The notes below the pieces were generated by a model. The model was given only the letters and a program-made list of their open reading frames with translations, was not told where the DNA came from and made no database searches. 64,000 nt of DNA, taken from Laetmonice hystrix (lineage: Eukaryota). The position numbers and the translations under genes were made by a program. Location of the stretch: positions 6,324,001-6,388,000 of the forward strand of contig OZ249447.1 of assembly GCA_965235115.1 (NCBI GenBank), written 5' to 3'. This document shows positions 59,222-64,000 of the stretch, one piece after another (the first letter of the stretch is position 1; the number at the start of each line of letters is the position of its first letter).

Positions 59222-62200
59222 TATACTGCTGACAGGCGGATTAATGCCAGCATTCAAAGGTTATCATTTCAATGCTGGTCATATCTTTGTTACTCGCCAT
59301 GTACTGGTGTATGATTTCTGTCCTTCTAGGCGGAGTAAAATATTGAGTTCACTACAGACCGCCGTAAACTGGCAAAATGTCACCATCATATTATACATTT
59401 CGTAAATTTACTATGAAAAAATTTAAAAGGTGCTCCTAAATTTCGTAAAAGGGGCTCCTAAATTTCGTAAAATGTCATTTAATGCCGCCTATTCACATCA
59501 CTCTATTACATGTGGCCAGTTTGGGGAAAACACCTCACGAAGTTCAAGGGCGTGTAAACATGCTAGGGTTTACACTGTGTGTCCTCGGAACGGGTCCCAG
59601 ATGTTGGCTTCATTATGTCTCCCTCGATATGACCAGCTTTTGTATTATTGGTCGGTTACTCGATTCCAACATACAACCTTTTTTTTAAAAAAAGGAGTAT
59701 TTTTAGGATAAGGGACAAATTAATTCTGCTGAGGATGTTGGATGAATAGAACCAATGAGATATCTGTACAAACCACCATCTATGTCATTTTGTGTTGCTG
59801 GAATCAATACGAATCCACAGTCAACTACAGCAGCAACAACAAACAACAACAACAAAAGCCACGCGGCCATTGTGCAGGCGATGAAGATGTGGGTATAGCC
59901 AGTTGGTAGCCGGCTCGGGACAGCTGTAAGAAGATGGGAGGGGCTGGCAGCTGGCCTCACACAACGACGGCACTTGATGGGAGGGATTCCGGGCAGAAAG
60001 AAAAGACCCCCGTCGGACCGAGCCGACTCCCGCCTGGTCCTCCACATGTTGCCAAGCTTTGATTTGTTAGAGGTGTCAGGGCTACTAAAATGGGTTGGGT
60101 TTGAGGGGGGTGCCTGTCTGGGGCAAATATCCATAGGGGTAGTTTCCATGGTAGGTGGATGAGGAGCTCAAGTATGTGGAGGGAGGGTCAGAGTTGCCCA
60201 CCCCCCACCCCCACCACCATGCACAACCACCACTACCCAGGCCACTATTGGTGGTCGGTCAGTGTGTCATGTTTTATGTGTCGTCTCTGACAAGTGGTCA
60301 AAATTATTACATGGGTAGCTTAGATATTTCTGCATTTATTTAAGTCACAATTTCAAACATTGCAAATTTTGATATGCTCAAAGTTCACAGGTTACTTAAT
60401 CTACGATATTTCTATCCTTTGATGTGGGATAATTTTAGAATTTTTCCAAGAATACTAAATTTGAAAGCCCAGTGTAAATTTAGTGGGTCAAAAATAGTGG
60501 TCACCCAGTTCTAACCAATGCACAATTAAGGGCAATGAATTCATAGTATCAACATTCTTTGGAGACGCGATCGGCCTGATTCGACTTTCATGTTTGCTGT
60601 ACACAATGGGCTTTATGCAGGATCTGCCGCTTTCTAAATAACGAATGTACATGCAGGTAGGTGGCATTTAATAAAGAAAGAATTTAATAAAGGCAGAAGT
60701 AGTGTCAGTGATGCTCCTTTATTGCCACTGATCATTGAATAAATAGGAATCTCAAAGTAGGCGACAACATTTATAACATTGGCATTTAGATTGGGGCGGA
60801 GAGATTTAAGGGTGTTTGTGATGTCCGTGTGGAAGACCTGTGCTGTGTGATTTGAGAAATCAAGTGAGTCGACAACAATAAGTGTGTATGGATCAGCACC
60901 ATGCCTGGTCGTAATGTGTGTGTGTGTAGGTTACATCTCATTCCGTGGCCAGCCCTGACTGGTACGACTGTCAGGGTAATGCCTCGATGAAATCCCTCTG
61001 GGTTCATTACACCAAACACTACCCCGACCCCATACCATCCATTCCCTTACCCCCTAACCTCTAAACCATAACCCCCCCCCCCCAATCAAAAAATAAAGAA
61101 GAGAAAAAAAACATGACTATTAATATTCAAGCGTCGGACACGTCTCCACTCCCCATTTCAGTCGCCTCAACCGTTATATGTCTCCATCAGTATTCATTGC
61201 TGCCCCTCACTGACCTGTCCCTACTTTCTCCGTGCCCATATTTTTCCTGCCCTCAGTCGGTCCATCATTTGTGCAGACCCCAGAACGTGCCAGACCTCCC
61301 ATCAACATGTTCTGTCCAAGTGCAGATTCCCCCACCGTTGGCAGGATCCCGTTTCCTAACCGAGGCACAACATGCAAACTTCTCATTGGGTTGAGCTCCT
61401 AGTGTTTCCCGGAGTAACCACATAGCACTGAGATGTTACATGTGGTCAATGCCAGAGCTGTGATGTTCTAAGTGGTTTTACACAGCCCGGAACGTCAGGT
61501 TTCATGAGGCCTTCCTGCAGGATCAAGTTGAGCTCACGGTAACACGACTGCCGCTGTAAAACATGAAAGACGATATTCACAAATGTAAACTTTTGAATCA
61601 GGCAGTTTTCTCTCAGTTTGGAGGGTCGAGAGAGCTTTTCATTTTGCAGTTTGTAGTTGGAAATTTGTAATTTAAATACAGATATCGGTGAGCCGTCATT
61701 GTTTCTATAATATTTTGGGAATTTGGAAAATATATCCCAGGTTCATTCTCGTAACCAATGCTCACAGAACGGCAATGTTTAGTGTAATGTGATCATGCAG
61801 CCATCATTGGTTTAATCTGATTCAATAGACATATATTTATCAAGTCGATTATTTATAAAGGACTTATAATTTAGCTGTGGAACCATTTCTCATCACACAC
61901 CAAGCTGTTATTTACAAATCTGTCAGATAATCCAACGTGAGTATTGGAAATTTAATCAATTGTAAACTTATGTCCCAGTCCCTCATAACCTCACCACACA
62001 TCAGGTGAGTTACTACTTCAATAGACATCAGGTGAGGTAGGAAAATGAAAACAGATTTTTTTCTACAAATACATACGTCGTTAGATATTTGCCCGGAGCA
62101 GAAACCACAAGAGAATCTGTCATACACGCCAAGCCTCAAGTTTGTCACGTGACACAGAATTTTTTCATCCGATTTCATTCTGTGTTAGTACACGGCGGCT

Positions 62201-62965
62201 CACGTTAAAAGCCTGCAGACAAATATTGGCCCCTACCTGTCACGCTACAGTGGCATCTAGTGGTGGAGCCACACTGTAACACATGTAAACATACCAGAAT
62301 GTCTTCCTGTGCCCGAAGGCTGGATGTTTATTGCGGTCTGGAGATGTATTTTGTGTCCTAAGATTTCTCTTTCATTGTACGTATCTTACCTTACCGTAAG
62401 TGTTAGTTCAATTTATCCTGAAAATATTGCCTTCTGGTACAGGTATTCTTCTTGAAAAGGCAGGTTAAGTTTCTCATCGGAAAGAATGTGGACTACATTC
62501 TATGAAATATATATAAAAATGTCTGTGAAACTAGAGTGTGGATTGTATGCTTTGTTTGTAGATAGCCTTTTGGGGAGAGGCCTGTTGTGCTGTTTTGGGG
62601 ATGATGAGGTCTTTCGTTGAAATTGATTGATAAACAAAGGGCGTAAGATTATCGCCATGTTCTGACCATGGCCAAGCAGAGATGGGAAGAAAGCGCGTGT
62701 TTTCTATATGCTGGTGTACACAATAAAATGACGTCACACACAGTTGTGGGGAATCATGGGACGGCCAGATGGCCTGCTTATATCAGAATATACCGAATCA
62801 ATCTTTTTTTCACTACATACGCCATGAAAGACGTCTGACAACCCGATATCACCAGTAAGAATTTATACTTAGGGTCGCTTTACCCTGTCAGATCAGAGAA
62901 AGGCCAATCCGTGCTAGACGAAATGTGCCTTTAATGTTCCCATAAAGGCTGTACGTCATCATCTC

Positions 62966-63325
62966 GTCATGTTCCCATCATGGTGACATACTACCTGTGG
63001 TCAGGTGACAAGAGATTTGACAATCATTTTGACAGTCATGTTCCCATCATGGTGACATACTACCTGTGGTCAGGTGACATGACAAGAGATTTGACAATCA
63101 TTTTGACAGTCATGTTCCCATCATGGTGACATACTACCTGTGGTCAGGTGAAATGACAAGAGATTTGACAATCATTTTGACAGTCATGTTCCCATCATGG
63201 TGACATACTACCTGTGGTCAGGTGACATGACAAGAGATTTGACAATCATTTTGACAGTCATGTTCCCATCATGGTGACATACTACCTGTGGTCAGGTGAC
63301 AAGAGATTTGACAATCATTTTGACA
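62966..63325. repeat. Minisatellite, 69/74-bp units, 5 copies
   Basis: GTCATGTTCCCATCATGGTGACATACTACCTGTGGTCAGGTGAC(ATGAC)AAGAGATTTGACAATCATTTTGACA. Confidence 0.93.
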
Positions 63326-64000
63326 GTGACACCAGGAGATCGACTGGAGGTTTTGTCGCGGGTGGAGCGTTCTTATTTCGGAATCACTTTATTTTGTTCA
63401 CGACGGGGCTCGGGTCACGATATAGAAAGGTATTTTGTGAATACGTGAGCTGTTGACAGTCGGTGGAGCTCTGGGAGATTGTATTGCTATCCGTGTATTT
63501 AAAGAGGACGGGGTGAGCCCGTTCCCTCCCCCCCCCCCCCACCCCGACCACACCTACCACACCTGTACGAGTCCCTCACTCCCCTCTGGCGGCTCATATT
63601 AAAGCGGTTGTTTTCAGGTTCTGACTGTCACCTGGGGTAGGGTTGAAGATTTTACCTGAAATTAAAGGTGTCTTATTCAGGGTCGTAGGATGCCAGGTAG
63701 GGAAGGTATGTATACCTGTGGTGTTTGTCACGTTCACTTGGATCCCGTCTTTATCGTGTATGACTATTAAAATTCATTTTTTAGGAAAAAAAGAGAAGCC
63801 ATCGGTAGACCATGATATTACATACTGACCTGGAAATTATTTGCAAAGGAAATGTTTGGCATTACCATGCGTCTTGGCTACTTCTATTATATGATCATAA
63901 TTAATATGTCAAACTTAAAAATGACAGCTATTCTGTACCGACGGCCCATCTATCAGCGACTTTTTGTTGACGTCTAGGACGAAGGTAGTCTCCTGAACAC

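Overview
Animal (probably invertebrate) nuclear DNA, mostly intron-like, with many minisatellites and MITE-sized repeats. There is no prokaryotic gene organisation and no CRISPR array. The main structure is a nested pair of mobile elements. An ISL2EU-type DNA transposon spans 31754-42626, with ~53-bp imperfect TIRs and AT target duplications. It carries a three-exon THAP+DDE transposase gene on the minus strand (one nonsense codon, 3' end tandemly duplicated) and a convergent, broken YqaJ-like exonuclease gene on the plus strand. Inside that exonuclease gene sits an apparently intact, very young Ngaro-type tyrosine-recombinase retrotransposon (33306-38450, minus strand). It has gag-like, RT/RNase H and tyrosine recombinase ORFs and identical split direct repeats (A1...B1-A2-B2). 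Both ends and the internal B1/A2 junction share the 5-bp core CATTA, and removing the element exactly restores the host reading frame. The gag/pol overlap carries a textbook -1 ribosomal frameshift signal (A AAA AAC, 8-nt spacer, 9-bp stem). Other items are a 2.3-kb 33-bp tandem array open in three frames, about ten further minisatellites, several MITEs, CTCF-like motifs and weakly supported host exons I could not assign to a known gene. All family assignments come from motif recognition by eye; no database searches were run.
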